From Thermodesulfovibrionales bacterium (GTDB taxonomy: Bacteria; Nitrospirota; Thermodesulfovibrionia; Thermodesulfovibrionales; UBA6898): a DNA stretch of 64,000 nt. Shown here in pieces: positions 38,936-48,941 of this stretch. Location: the NCBI GenBank assembly GCA_044450345.1, contig JBIOIY010000002.1, forward strand, positions 96,001 to 160,000, in the 5' to 3' direction. The position numbers were made by a program, and so were the translations under genes. The stretch's first letter is position 1, and each line of letters opens with the position of its first letter. The notes under the pieces were generated by a model. That model was not told the origin of the DNA. It saw only the letters and a list, made by a program, of their open reading frames with translations, and did no database searches.

Positions 38936-39999
38936 TCTTCGAAGAAGAAAACAATCTTCCCGAAATTCTGAAAGATAACGATATTTTGGAGGGAGACAGC
39001 ACCTTATTAAATTTAAGACCGAAGAAGCTATCGGAGTATATAGGGCAGGACAAAATAGTTGAAACACTGAACATCGCAATAGAAGCTGCCCTTGGGAGAA
39101 GTGAACCTTTAGACCATGTATTATTCAATGGCCCTCCGGGGCTGGGTAAGACCACTTTAGCCCACATTATTGCGAATGAGATGGGGTCAAAAATAATTAC
39201 TTCATCCGGGCCGGCGCTGGAAAAAGGCGGGGATCTGATGGGAATTCTCACCCATATGGAAAAAGGAGATGTCTTTTTTATCGATGAAATTCACAGGCTG
39301 CCTAAGGTCGTTGAAGAATTTCTTTATCCGGCAATGGAGGACTTTGCCGTGGACTTCATTTTTGATAAAGGAGTGCATGCAAGAACTCACAGGTACAGAC
39401 TTGAGCCTTTCACTCTCATAGGGGCGACAACACGGGCCGGCCTGTTATCCTCACCCTTAAGGGAAAGGTTTGGAATTACAAGGGACCTGGATTTTTATAC
39501 GGAACAAGACCTGATTCGTATTGTGAAGCGGTCTGCAGCAATCCTGGAAATAACTGTTGAGCAGGAAGGCGCGTATGAAATAGCCCGGAGATCAAGGGGG
39601 ACCCCGAGAGTTGCTAACAGATTGTTAAAACGCGTCCGTGATTTTGCACAAGTAAGGGCAAAGGGAAAGATTACAAAAAAAGTAGCCGTGGATGCGCTCG
39701 CGCTGGAAGGAATTGACGACGATGGATTAGGAGAAACCGATAGAAAATTGATGAGGACGATAATACTCCATTATAAGGGCGGCCCGGTTGGAATTGAAGC
39801 GCTTGCCTCCACTCTTCAGATAGAAACAGATGTGCTTTTGGATGTGGTTGAGCCATATTTATTAAAAACAGGTTTTATCATTCGTACTTCACAGGGAAGG
39901 AAGGCTACCGAAAGAGCGTACTCCCATTTCAATATCTCCCGCAAAAGTGAATCCGATGATCCCGGCCTTTTCGGAAATGTAAAGAACAGACGACCATAA
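38932..39999 (+). CDS. ruvB: Holliday junction DNA helicase RuvB
   Basis: [41 protein letters not shown]. Confidence 0.98.
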   Translation: MIFEEENNLPEILKDNDILEGDSTLLNLRPKKLSEYIGQDKIVETLNIAIEAALGRSEPLDHVLFNGPPGLGKTTLAHIIANEMGSKIITSSGPALEKGGDLMGILTHMEKGDVFFIDEIHRLPKVVEEFLYPAMEDFAVDFIFDKGVHARTHRYRLEPFTLIGATTRAGLLSSPLRERFGITRDLDFYTEQDLIRIVKRSAAILEITVEQEGAYEIARRSRGTPRVANRLLKRVRDFAQVRAKGKITKKVAVDALALEGIDDDGLGETDRKLMRTIILHYKGGPVGIEALASTLQIETDVLLDVVEPYLLKTGFIIRTSQGRKATERAYSHFNISRKSESDDPGLFGNVKNRRP

Positions 40000-40002
40000 C
40001 CC

Positions 40003-40557
40003 ATGAAACTCCTGATGCATATCTGCTGTTCAAACTGCAGTGTCTTTCCACTCGAAGTTTTTTTGACCAAGGGGATAGACGTTACGGGCTTGTGGTTCAA
40101 CCCCAACATACACCCCTATACGGAATATGCGCAGCGGCTCGATTCTCTGAGGAAACTTCAGCGAATGTGGAACCTGGATATTGAATATGACGAAAACTAT
40201 GCTCTGGATGATTTTTTGAAATCCGTGGTCGGCAAGGGGACGCACCGGTGTGAAATCTGCTATGCGACGAGGCTGGAAAAAACCGCCTGGACTGCAAAAA
40301 AGATGGGCATCGGGGGTTTCACGACCTCTCTTCTTGCAAGTCCATATCAGAAATTTGATATGATAATAGCAATAGGTGAAGAGATCGGCCGAAGACAGGG
40401 AGTTTCCTTTTTTTACGAAGACCTGAGGCAGGGATGGAACATTTCAAGAGGTCTCGCCTCGGAATTCGGCCTTTACAGACAAAAATACTGCGGCTGCATA
40501 TATTCGGAAATGGAAAGATACGCAAAGAAAGGCAAGCGCCCTGCCGCTGGCAGATAG
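40003..40557 (+). CDS. queH: epoxyqueuosine reductase QueH (DUF208)
   Basis: HICCSNC, NPNIHP..EY, RCEICY..RL, YRQKYCGCIYS. Confidence 0.93.
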   Translation: MKLLMHICCSNCSVFPLEVFLTKGIDVTGLWFNPNIHPYTEYAQRLDSLRKLQRMWNLDIEYDENYALDDFLKSVVGKGTHRCEICYATRLEKTAWTAKKMGIGGFTTSLLASPYQKFDMIIAIGEEIGRRQGVSFFYEDLRQGWNISRGLASEFGLYRQKYCGCIYSEMERYAKKGKRPAAGR

Positions 40558-40597
40558 CGGAAAAGTCCGGTAAATATTGAGCGGGATGGTCGATGAG

Positions 40598-40813
40598 ATG
40601 CAGCATATAGGCAGATTACTGGTCATTTCTGGCGTTGCAATAGCGGCGATCGGCGTACTCATCATCTTTTCAGGCAAACTCCCGTGGCTGGGAAGACTGC
40701 CGGGGGACATCGTTTTTCACAGGAAGAATTTCACGTTCTATTTCCCCCTCGCAACGAGCATATTGATAAGTCTTGTGCTCACGCTTCTGTTCTGGATATT
40801 TGGGAGGAGATAA
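40598..40813 (+). CDS. DUF2905 small membrane protein
   Basis: WLGRLPGDI...FYFPLATSILIS; start uncertain (40577-40598). Confidence 0.85.
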   Translation: MQHIGRLLVISGVAIAAIGVLIIFSGKLPWLGRLPGDIVFHRKNFTFYFPLATSILISLVLTLLFWIFGRR

Positions 40814-40814
40814 C

Positions 40815-41798
40815 ATGCGCAAGAGGTTGATCTTTATATATTTTTTCCTGATGTTGCTCGCCTGCTCAAGGCTGGAGGCGGGGACAATCAAGGTCTTGAT
40901 ACTGGATGATGTGTTCCAGAATATACCTGCAAAGGACGAACAGCTCGAAAAAATGGGCAAGCTCAGCGGTGACCTCCTGGTCGGCGGCACCCATTATGGC
41001 GGTGATATCGCGGTCATGAAAGGCAAAACCGGGATGTATCTTATAAACGAACTGCCAATCGAGGAATACGTAAAAAATGTGGTCGGGGCAGAAGTGAGTT
41101 CCAGTTGGGACATGGAAGCGCTCAAGGTCCAGGCCGTAATCGCAAGAACCTATGCCCTTTACCAAAAAATGGCTGCGGGGAACACACCATATGACCTGAC
41201 CTCTTCAGTCCTCCATCAGGTGTACAAAGGGAGCACAGTGGATGCAAGGATCGCCTATGCAGTAATGAATACCGAGGGTGAGGTTCTCTATTATAACGAC
41301 CGGCTGATCGAAGCGCTTTATCATTCGACAAGCGGCGGAATGACTGAAGACGCCTCCGAGGTATTCGGGAAGAGTTATCCTTACTTGAAACCGGTTACAT
41401 CAAACTGCGAGATATCCCCTTACTGGATGTGGGAAAGAAAGATACCGGTGGACGAAATTGAAAAAGCGATAAATATCTCCGGGCTCAAAGAGATTACCAT
41501 AAAGTCCTACACATCAACGAGGCGGGTCAAGACCGTAGATGTCGTACACAACGGGGGGGTTGCGAACGTAAAGGCAACTGACCTGAGAAAAATGCTGGGA
41601 TGGAGCCGGTTGCCGAGTACGAACTTCGAGGTGACCCGGGAAAACGGCAATTTTATCTTTGAGGGAAAGGGATACGGCCACGGCGTGGGACTCTGCCAGT
41701 GGTCGGCCCTCCAGATGGCCCGTGATGGTAAGAACTATAGAGAAATCCTTTCCTTTTTTTATCCTGGTACGGTCATCAAAATATATGAAGACCGCTGA
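40815..41798 (+). CDS. SpoIID/LytB domain protein
   Basis: EALKVQAVIARTYA, HQVYKG, GYGHGVGLCQW. Confidence 0.93.
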   Translation: MRKRLIFIYFFLMLLACSRLEAGTIKVLILDDVFQNIPAKDEQLEKMGKLSGDLLVGGTHYGGDIAVMKGKTGMYLINELPIEEYVKNVVGAEVSSSWDMEALKVQAVIARTYALYQKMAAGNTPYDLTSSVLHQVYKGSTVDARIAYAVMNTEGEVLYYNDRLIEALYHSTSGGMTEDASEVFGKSYPYLKPVTSNCEISPYWMWERKIPVDEIEKAINISGLKEITIKSYTSTRRVKTVDVVHNGGVANVKATDLRKMLGWSRLPSTNFEVTRENGNFIFEGKGYGHGVGLCQWSALQMARDGKNYREILSFFYPGTVIKIYEDR

Positions 41799-42792
41799 GT
41801 ACGACTTTCTCCTCCCTCAAGAACTTATCGCTTACAGGCCGTCCATAAAGAGGGACAACTCCAGACTGCTCGTGCTGCATAGAGACGGCGGGGTCGAACA
41901 CAAAAGATTTCGGGACCTTCCCTGTTTTCTGAGGGCGGGCGACATGCTTCTCCTGAACAAGACAAAGGTCTTCCCCGCGAGGTTATCGGGTATCAAGCGG
42001 GGCGGGGGAAGGCTTGAGATACTTCTTGTCAAGGAGACTTCTCCGGGGATGTGGGATATCATGGCTAAGGGCAAATATACGGGTCCGATGCTGATTTCAG
42101 AAGGACTTACGGCATACATTTCAGGAGGAAAAATCGCCCTTTTCAAGGACCCGAAACGTCTAAGGGAGTTAATTTGGCAGGAGGGAGAAATGCCTCTTCC
42201 GCCTTATATCAGACGTCAGCCTGACGACTGTGACAAAGAGCGCTATCAGACCGTATATGCAGAAATCGAGGGGTCGATCGCCGCCCCGACAGCAGGTCTT
42301 CATTTCACCCCTGAACTTCTCGACGCTATCGCCGCGGCATCCGTTCTGATACGGCATGTGGTACTCCACGTCGGAACCGGGACCTTCAAGTTGGTAAAAA
42401 CGGATGACATTGAAGACCACATTATGGAGAAGGAGTTGTTCGAAATCAACCCCTCTTTGCTGTCTGAGATCGCTGAAGTAAAGAGTCGGGGTGGCAGGAT
42501 TATTGCCGTCGGTACGACTACCACTCGGGCCGTTGAAGGTTATCTTAGCGGGAAAAGCGAGATTGTATCTTCTCACGGCGCCATTCGCGGGCTTACGGAT
42601 ATCTTTATCCATGGACGTTATCGCCCTATGGCAGTGGACTCTGTTATTACAAATTTTCACCTCCCCCGTTCCACGCCACTGATGCTCACTGCGGTCTTTA
42701 CGGGCAGGGCGAGACTCCTTCAGACATATGAAACCGCGATATCCATGGGATATAGATTTTTCTCCTATGGTGATGCTATGCTTGTTTTATGA
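41785..42792 (+). CDS. queA: S-adenosylmethionine:tRNA ribosyltransferase-isomerase
   Basis: LPPYI, YQTVYA, AAPTAGLHF, VGTTTTR, TNFHLP, FFSYGDAM. Confidence 0.98.
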   Translation: MKTAEYDFLLPQELIAYRPSIKRDNSRLLVLHRDGGVEHKRFRDLPCFLRAGDMLLLNKTKVFPARLSGIKRGGGRLEILLVKETSPGMWDIMAKGKYTGPMLISEGLTAYISGGKIALFKDPKRLRELIWQEGEMPLPPYIRRQPDDCDKERYQTVYAEIEGSIAAPTAGLHFTPELLDAIAAASVLIRHVVLHVGTGTFKLVKTDDIEDHIMEKELFEINPSLLSEIAEVKSRGGRIIAVGTTTTRAVEGYLSGKSEIVSSHGAIRGLTDIFIHGRYRPMAVDSVITNFHLPRSTPLMLTAVFTGRARLLQTYETAISMGYRFFSYGDAMLVL

Positions 42793-43469
42793 ACGGCGAG
42801 GCCCGGAAAGAAGACGCGTCGGTGCGTATAGTGGGCAGGGAATTCATTATCGCAGTTGTGGTGGTCTTCTCTTCCCTGAGCTTCACACTCGGTTACTTCG
42901 TCGGCAAGAATAATGCCGAAAAAAAGGCCGAACCGGTTGTCCAAACAGGTCTTAAACCTGCCGATATCGAGCCGCAACAAATCGGGCCTGCGGCTCAGCC
43001 GCAGCCCCCGAGATCCGAACGCCAGGCTGCCGGCGGGGGTATGCCTGTCCAGGACATGACCGCTCAGAAGAATGTCTCTTTGCCTTCGGGAGAGAGTCAT
43101 ATTGAAGGCAAGACCGCCGAAGCGCCAAAAGAAGCAGTAAATGACATATCTAAAGAGGACGCAAAAAAGGAACCGAGAGAGTCATCCCAAACAGACGGCA
43201 AACCGCATGTCAAATCGGGGGCAAACGAGACGGTCTACACCGTGCAGTTGGGCGCATTAAAGAATGCGGGGGAGGCCCGTCAATTAAAGGCCAAATACGC
43301 CAAAAAGGGATACAAAATATATATAACTGCCTTACGAAGCAAAGGCAAGATGAAGATCTACAAAGTGAGGACCGGAGAATTCAGGGAGAAAAAGGACGCC
43401 GAGATTCTGGCCCTTCGACTCAAGAAGAACGAAGGGCTGTCCGCCTTTGTGACAGTGAAAAACGATTAA
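42789..43469 (+). CDS. SPOR domain protein (TM, linker, SPOR)
   Basis: N-terminal TM, low-complexity linker, YTVQLGA...YKVRTGEF. Confidence 0.88.
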   Translation: MNGEARKEDASVRIVGREFIIAVVVVFSSLSFTLGYFVGKNNAEKKAEPVVQTGLKPADIEPQQIGPAAQPQPPRSERQAAGGGMPVQDMTAQKNVSLPSGESHIEGKTAEAPKEAVNDISKEDAKKEPRESSQTDGKPHVKSGANETVYTVQLGALKNAGEARQLKAKYAKKGYKIYITALRSKGKMKIYKVRTGEFREKKDAEILALRLKKNEGLSAFVTVKND

Positions 43470-43478
43470 GGAGCTTCT

Positions 43479-44450
43479 ACGAATACCACAGTCATAGAAT
43501 TTGAAACTGAAGAAGAGGAATATACCTCTCTCATCACAAATCTCGAAAAAAATCTCAAGGTCATCGAAGAGGCCCTTGACATAAGAGCCAGTTCGAGGGG
43601 GAACAAGATATTCCTCAAGGGAGAAGAAGGAAAAATCAGGACGGCCGAAAAATTCATTCGCGAACTGATGCACCTCGGCAGGGAAATCCCTTCCCTGAGC
43701 CCGGATGATATTCGCCATGCAATCAGGTCCGCTCCCGAGGGGGCCGAGTTGTCTCTGAAAGAACTTTTGCTGGACCATATACCGGTAGCCTCGAAACGGC
43801 GCTTCATCATACCCAAGACAACCACGCAAAAGGCCTATATCGACGCCATACGCAATCACGACATGGTTATAGGGATAGGCCCCGCCGGAACAGGCAAGAC
43901 TTATCTCGCAATGGCAATGGCGATCAGCGCCTTCCTGAAGAAGCAGGTGAGCAGGATAGTGCTGGCACGTCCTGCCATCGAGGCCGGAGAAAAGCTGGGG
44001 TTTCTGCCGGGAGATATGTTCGAAAAGGTCAATCCATATCTCAGGCCGCTTTACGACGCACTCTACGATATGATGGAGGCCGAGAAGGCGTCGCGGCTCA
44101 TTGAACGCGGGGTGATAGAGATAGCGCCTCTTGCCTTTATGAGGGGGAGGACCCTGAATGACTCTTTTATTATCCTTGACGAGGCTCAGAATACGACATC
44201 CGAGCAGATGAAGATGTACCTCACAAGACTTGGGTTTAATTCAAAAACCGTCATTACAGGCGATGTCACGCAGATCGACCTGCCGCCGGGAAAAAGTTCC
44301 GGTCTTGTCGAAGTAGTAAAAATACTTGAGGAAGTCAAAGGAATACGCTTCGTCTTCTTCTCCGAAAAAGACGTCGTCAGACATAAACTGGTGCAGGAGA
44401 TAGTAAGGGCGTACGAAAGATATGAAAAACGGGATCCCGAAGGAGAGTAA
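43479..44450 (+). CDS. phoH: PhoH/YbeZ family ATPase (probable ACG start at 43479; first ATG is 43668)
   Basis: GPAGTGKT, RPAIEAGEKLGFLPG, AFMRGRT, DEAQN; in-frame N-domain NLKVIEEAL.I..SSRGN upstream of 43668. Confidence 0.93.
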   Translation, partial: TNTTVIEFETEEEEYTSLITNLEKNLKVIEEALDIRASSRGNKIFLKGEEGKIRTAEKFIRELMHLGREIPSLSPDDIRHAIRSAPEGAELSLKELLLDHIPVASKRRFIIPKTTTQKAYIDAIRNHDMVIGIGPAGTGKTYLAMAMAISAFLKKQVSRIVLARPAIEAGEKLGFLPGDMFEKVNPYLRPLYDALYDMMEAEKASRLIERGVIEIAPLAFMRGRTLNDSFIILDEAQNTTSEQMKMYLTRLGFNSKTVITGDVTQIDLPPGKSSGLVEVVKILEEVKGIRFVFFSEKDVVRHKLVQEIVRAYERYEKRDPEGE

Positions 44451-45966
44451 ACTTTTCCCCTTAGAATGGGTGTCGAACTGGAGGAGACTGCTCCTGATCG
44501 GCCTCTCTTCATTTGTCGTATCGCTGTCTCTGATGGTCAATCTGAGCCCCTGGAGATTTATCGGAGGGGCTCTCATTGCGTTCGTTCTTCTCGCTATACT
44601 CTACAGGGATATTATGCGTTACAGGCCGGCCTATATCAATAACTACAACATGCTTTTTCTGCTTGGACTGATGATCGTCAGCACACTTGTTATCGGGAGG
44701 TTTTTTGACTATCTCCTGCTGAACCTTTCAAAGGGCATGGGGTCCATAGATGCAGATACCGCGGTTTTCGGCATCCCCATCGCCGCGGGCGCCATGCTTG
44801 TCACTCTACTCTTCGACTTTCACACTGCTATCACATTCTCTTTTACCATAAGTCTGCTCACAGGATACTGGTTGAGCGACCCCTCGTATCCGATCTATAC
44901 GTTTGTCGGCAGCCTCACTGCGGCCTTCAGCGTCATCCGGTGCAAAAAAAGGTCCGCTCTTCTTCGTGGCGGCTTTTATGTGGCGCTTACAAATGTACTC
45001 ATCGCGCTGATACTGCTGATCAGCAAGGGAGATGTCCTTCCGGGAAAGATATTATCATCGGTGATATTTGCGGTCTTTTCGGGCGTTACAGTCTCTTCCA
45101 TCGTATCGTTGTTGCTGCCTTTTCTGGAATACACCTTTAAGGTCACCACCGATATCAGCCTCCTCGAGCTTCTGGACCTCAACCAGCCCCTCATGAAGAC
45201 CCTCATGATAAATGCCCCGGGAACATACCATCACAGCGTCATAGTGGGAAACCTCGTCGAGGCGGCGGCCGAGGCCGTAGGTGTCAACCCGCTTCTTGCA
45301 AGAGTAAGTTCATATTATCACGATATCGGCAAGGTCAAGATGCCGGAGTACTTTATAGAAAATCAGGGCGGTGCCCCGAGCAAACACGACAAGCTCACCC
45401 CCCATATGAGCAGTATGATCATCGTGAACCACGTGAAGGAAGGCGTGGAATTGGCCAGACAATACAAACTCCCGCAGGTGCTTATCGATATTATAAAGCA
45501 GCACCACGGGTCCTCGCTTATCACGTATTTTTACCAGAAGGCAAGGGAGCAAACCGGTGAGCAGCAGTTGTCCATCGCAGAGGATTACAAATATCCAGGA
45601 CCAAAGCCTCAGACCCGCGTTGCCGCACTTGTAATGATGGCAGACGCTGTCGAAGCTTCATCGAGGGTTCTGACTGACCCGACTCCGGCGCGGATATCGG
45701 CCCTTGTAGACAAAATAATCAATCATATATTCCTGGACGGCCAGCTCGATGAGTGCGAACTTACACTCAAGGACATCTCTGAGATAAAGAAGAGGTTTAC
45801 CTACATCCTTACGGGGATTTTCCACAAGAGGATCGACTATCCGGGATTTGATTTCGGTGATGGAAATATACATAAAGAACCTACAAAAGTCGACAAGGCT
45901 GCATCCGCAGAAGATAAGAAGGGACCTCGTCAAGGCGCTCCGATTACTAGGTCTTTCGCGAGCTGA
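44422..45966 (+). CDS. multi-TM HD (HDIG) phosphohydrolase, PgpH/YqfF-like
   Basis: TM bundle then APGTYHHS, YHDIGK, QHHG, ADAVEA. Confidence 0.9.
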   Translation: MKNGIPKESKLFPLEWVSNWRRLLLIGLSSFVVSLSLMVNLSPWRFIGGALIAFVLLAILYRDIMRYRPAYINNYNMLFLLGLMIVSTLVIGRFFDYLLLNLSKGMGSIDADTAVFGIPIAAGAMLVTLLFDFHTAITFSFTISLLTGYWLSDPSYPIYTFVGSLTAAFSVIRCKKRSALLRGGFYVALTNVLIALILLISKGDVLPGKILSSVIFAVFSGVTVSSIVSLLLPFLEYTFKVTTDISLLELLDLNQPLMKTLMINAPGTYHHSVIVGNLVEAAAEAVGVNPLLARVSSYYHDIGKVKMPEYFIENQGGAPSKHDKLTPHMSSMIIVNHVKEGVELARQYKLPQVLIDIIKQHHGSSLITYFYQKAREQTGEQQLSIAEDYKYPGPKPQTRVAALVMMADAVEASSRVLTDPTPARISALVDKIINHIFLDGQLDECELTLKDISEIKKRFTYILTGIFHKRIDYPGFDFGDGNIHKEPTKVDKAASAEDKKGPRQGAPITRSFAS

Positions 45967-46321
45967 ACTCAGCGTCGTATTCGTGAACAGCGAAAGAATG
46001 AAACGCCTCAACGCCCGTTACCGGGGTGTCGACAGGTCCACAGATGTATTGTCTTTTCCGCTGTCGGTCGGCCGACTTGCGGCGATTGACGAAAAACGGA
46101 GTAACACCCCATTCCCGCTCGGCGATATTGTCATATGCGTACCTATAGCTCTGCTCCAGGCAAAAGAGTACGGCATATCATTTCACGAGGAAACGCAGAG
46201 ACTCCTTGTCCACGGGTTGCTGCATCTGGCCGGCTACGACCATGAATTAAACGCGTATCAAAAGAGGAAGATGGTAAAAAAGGAGGGGGAACTTCTCGAT
46301 GCCCTTACGGCAATGGCTTAA
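45860..46321 (+). CDS. ybeY: rRNA maturation endoribonuclease YbeY
   Basis: LNARYRG.D.STDVLSF, LGDIVI, HGLLHLAGYDH. Confidence 0.95.
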   Translation: MEIYIKNLQKSTRLHPQKIRRDLVKALRLLGLSRAELSVVFVNSERMKRLNARYRGVDRSTDVLSFPLSVGRLAAIDEKRSNTPFPLGDIVICVPIALLQAKEYGISFHEETQRLLVHGLLHLAGYDHELNAYQKRKMVKKEGELLDALTAMA

Positions 46322-46997
46322 GAGCGCCAACTTCGCAATAGAGGGCATATTGCACGGCGCCCGGACCCAAAGGCATCTCAGGTACCATTTCATATCGGCA
46401 GCCGCGGTTCTGATAGTGAGTTATGTTCTCGGCGTCTCGCGACTGGAATTTATTCTTCTCTCCCTTGCTGTGATCCTCGTCCTGTCTGCAGAGATGCTTA
46501 ACAGCGCAGTCGAAGCAGTTGTTGACCTCTTGTCACCTGATTACACGGAAAAAGCCCGAATCGCAAAAGACATTGCCGCCGGGGCAGTCTTCATTGCCGC
46601 GTTCGGCGCAGCAGTATTAGGCTATGTAATCCTCTTCCCGTATGTAAAGAAAATCTTTTATGATGGTTTTCATGTGGCGAGACACTCAAAGGAGGACATC
46701 TCCCTAATCTCCTTCATTCTCATGTTGATATTCGTGATCATCGCTAAAACTTATTTTGGGAAAGGGCATCCGTTGAAAGGCGGAATGCCTAGCGGCCATT
46801 CGGCACTTGCCTTCTCCGTATGGGTATCCGTAACCTATACTACCGAAAACTTTCTTGCATCGCTCCTCTGTTTTGTCCTGGCGGCGCTGATAGCCCAGAG
46901 CAGGGTGAGTGCGAAGGTGCACAATCAGTGGGAGGTTGTCGCAGGGGCTTTAATGGGAGCCGCCCTCACCTTCCTCCTCTTTAAACTTTTTTCATAA
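46299..46997 (+). CDS. dgkA: diacylglycerol/undecaprenol kinase (DgkA) fused to a PAP2 phosphatase-like domain
   Basis: EMLNSAVEAVVD, AKDIAAGAV; then GGMPSGHSA and SRV...VH...EV. Confidence 0.88.
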   Translation: MPLRQWLKSANFAIEGILHGARTQRHLRYHFISAAAVLIVSYVLGVSRLEFILLSLAVILVLSAEMLNSAVEAVVDLLSPDYTEKARIAKDIAAGAVFIAAFGAAVLGYVILFPYVKKIFYDGFHVARHSKEDISLISFILMLIFVIIAKTYFGKGHPLKGGMPSGHSALAFSVWVSVTYTTENFLASLLCFVLAALIAQSRVSAKVHNQWEVVAGALMGAALTFLLFKLFS

Positions 46998-47009
46998 TGC
47001 ATGAGGGGC

Positions 47010-47043
47010 AAAAAAAAGAGGGAAGGGCAGAACCCTTCCCTTT
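47010..47043 (-). terminator. intrinsic terminator after glnA (possibly bidirectional)
   Basis: AGGGAAGGG-CAGAA-CCCTTCCCT hairpin with an A8 tract on its left. Confidence 0.8.
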
Positions 47044-47065
47044 AAGATCACTATTACGGAGAGAG

Positions 47066-48478
47066 TTAAATATCGTAATAGAGGAAAAATTCATACGGAT
47101 GAGGCCTCAACCTTAAGGCATCAACCTCCTTGGACCTCTTATAACTGATCCAGGTTTCCAGCGCGTCTTCGGTAAATACGTTCCCCTTCATTAGGTACTC
47201 GTGGTCGGCTTCAAGGTTATTGAGTGCCTCGTCGAGACTGGCCGGCATAGTAGGCACGGAAGCCAGTTCTTCAGGACCGAGCTCATAGATGTCCTTGTCG
47301 AGCGGTTCTCCCGGATGTATCTTGTTCTCTATACCATCAAGACCGGCCATAAGCATAGCTGCGAACGCAAGGTATCCATTGCAAGACGGGTCGGGGAACC
47401 TCACCTCGGCCCTCTTTGCCTTCGGGCTTGCCGAATACGTAGGTATCCTTACACATGCAGACCGGTTTCTCGCCGAGTATGCCAGGTTCACCGGCGCCTC
47501 AAAGCCAGGCGTCAGCCTCTTGTAAGAATTTGTGGTCGGGTTTGTCAGCGCGGCCAGTGAGGGTGCATGCTTCAGGATTCCGCCGATATAATAAAGCGCC
47601 AAATCGCTCAGACCCGCATATCCGTTGCCCCCGAAAAGGGGCTTATTGCCCTTCCATATGCTCTGATGGACGTGCATTCCCGAACCGTTGTCGCCAAAAA
47701 GCGGCTTCGGCATAAAGGTGACCGTCTTATTATGTCTCTTGGCCACATTCTTGATGATGTATTTGAAAAGCATCAGTTTGTCGGCCATCCTTACAAGCGA
47801 CTCAAACCTCATGTCTATCTCCGCCTGCCCGGCTGTGGCGACCTCATGGTGCTCCTTTTCCACATATATCCCGCACTTCAACATCTCCATGACCATCTCG
47901 GTCCTGAGATTCACCAGGCTGTCCGTCGGAGGTACCGGGAAATATCCCTCCTTGTGTCTCGGCTTGTACCCGAGATTTGGGTTTTCGTCCCGGCCCGAGT
48001 TCCAGATGCCTTCCACAGAATCGAGGAAATAGTAGCCGCTGTGCGAATTCTGGTCGAACTGGATATTGTCGAAGATGAAAAACTCGGCCTCAGGCCCGAA
48101 GTACGCGGTGTCGCCCAGCTTAGTTGATTTCAGGTAATTCTCTGCCTTTTGGGCTATGAACCGGGGGTCACGGGTATAATATTCCTTTGTGATGGGGTCC
48201 ACGATATTGCAGATCAGGCTGATAGTGGGATACTCCATAAATGGGTCCATAAATGCCGTCTCCGCATCGGGTATGACCAGCATGTCCGAGGTATGGATCG
48301 CCTGCCAGCCCCTGATCGAAGAACCGTCGAAACCCAGTCCCTCCTCGAAGATCTCTTCCTTCAGCTCAGCTATCGGTGCTGCAAAATGCTGCCAGATGCC
48401 GGGAAAATCGAGGAACTTGAAATTGACCATCACCGCCTTGTTTTCCTGCGCTAACTTGATTACGTCCTTTGTTGTCAT
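47066..48478 (-). CDS. glnA: type I glutamine synthetase
   Basis: FDGSSI, HHEVA, FMPKP, NGSGMH, NSYKRL..GFEAP, RNRS, KDIYEL adenylylation-site Tyr. Confidence 0.98.
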   Translation of the reverse strand: MTTKDVIKLAQENKAVMVNFKFLDFPGIWQHFAAPIAELKEEIFEEGLGFDGSSIRGWQAIHTSDMLVIPDAETAFMDPFMEYPTISLICNIVDPITKEYYTRDPRFIAQKAENYLKSTKLGDTAYFGPEAEFFIFDNIQFDQNSHSGYYFLDSVEGIWNSGRDENPNLGYKPRHKEGYFPVPPTDSLVNLRTEMVMEMLKCGIYVEKEHHEVATAGQAEIDMRFESLVRMADKLMLFKYIIKNVAKRHNKTVTFMPKPLFGDNGSGMHVHQSIWKGNKPLFGGNGYAGLSDLALYYIGGILKHAPSLAALTNPTTNSYKRLTPGFEAPVNLAYSARNRSACVRIPTYSASPKAKRAEVRFPDPSCNGYLAFAAMLMAGLDGIENKIHPGEPLDKDIYELGPEELASVPTMPASLDEALNNLEADHEYLMKGNVFTEDALETWISYKRSKEVDALRLRPHPYEFFLYYDI

Positions 48479-48599
48479 CTCTTCTCCTTTTTTAAAATAA
48501 AGTTATTGGAGCCTGGTGAATGGGGTTGACATCAAATCAGGTACCCACTCCCTTCTCTACTAATCTCGAAAAAAAAACTCTAATCCCTGTCTTTGTCTT

Positions 48600-48941
<342 letters not shown>

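Noticed and set aside
48479..48599. Possible glutamine riboswitch between glnB and glnA
   Set aside because: Only a weak hairpin, and no match to the glnA-motif consensus that I can see.
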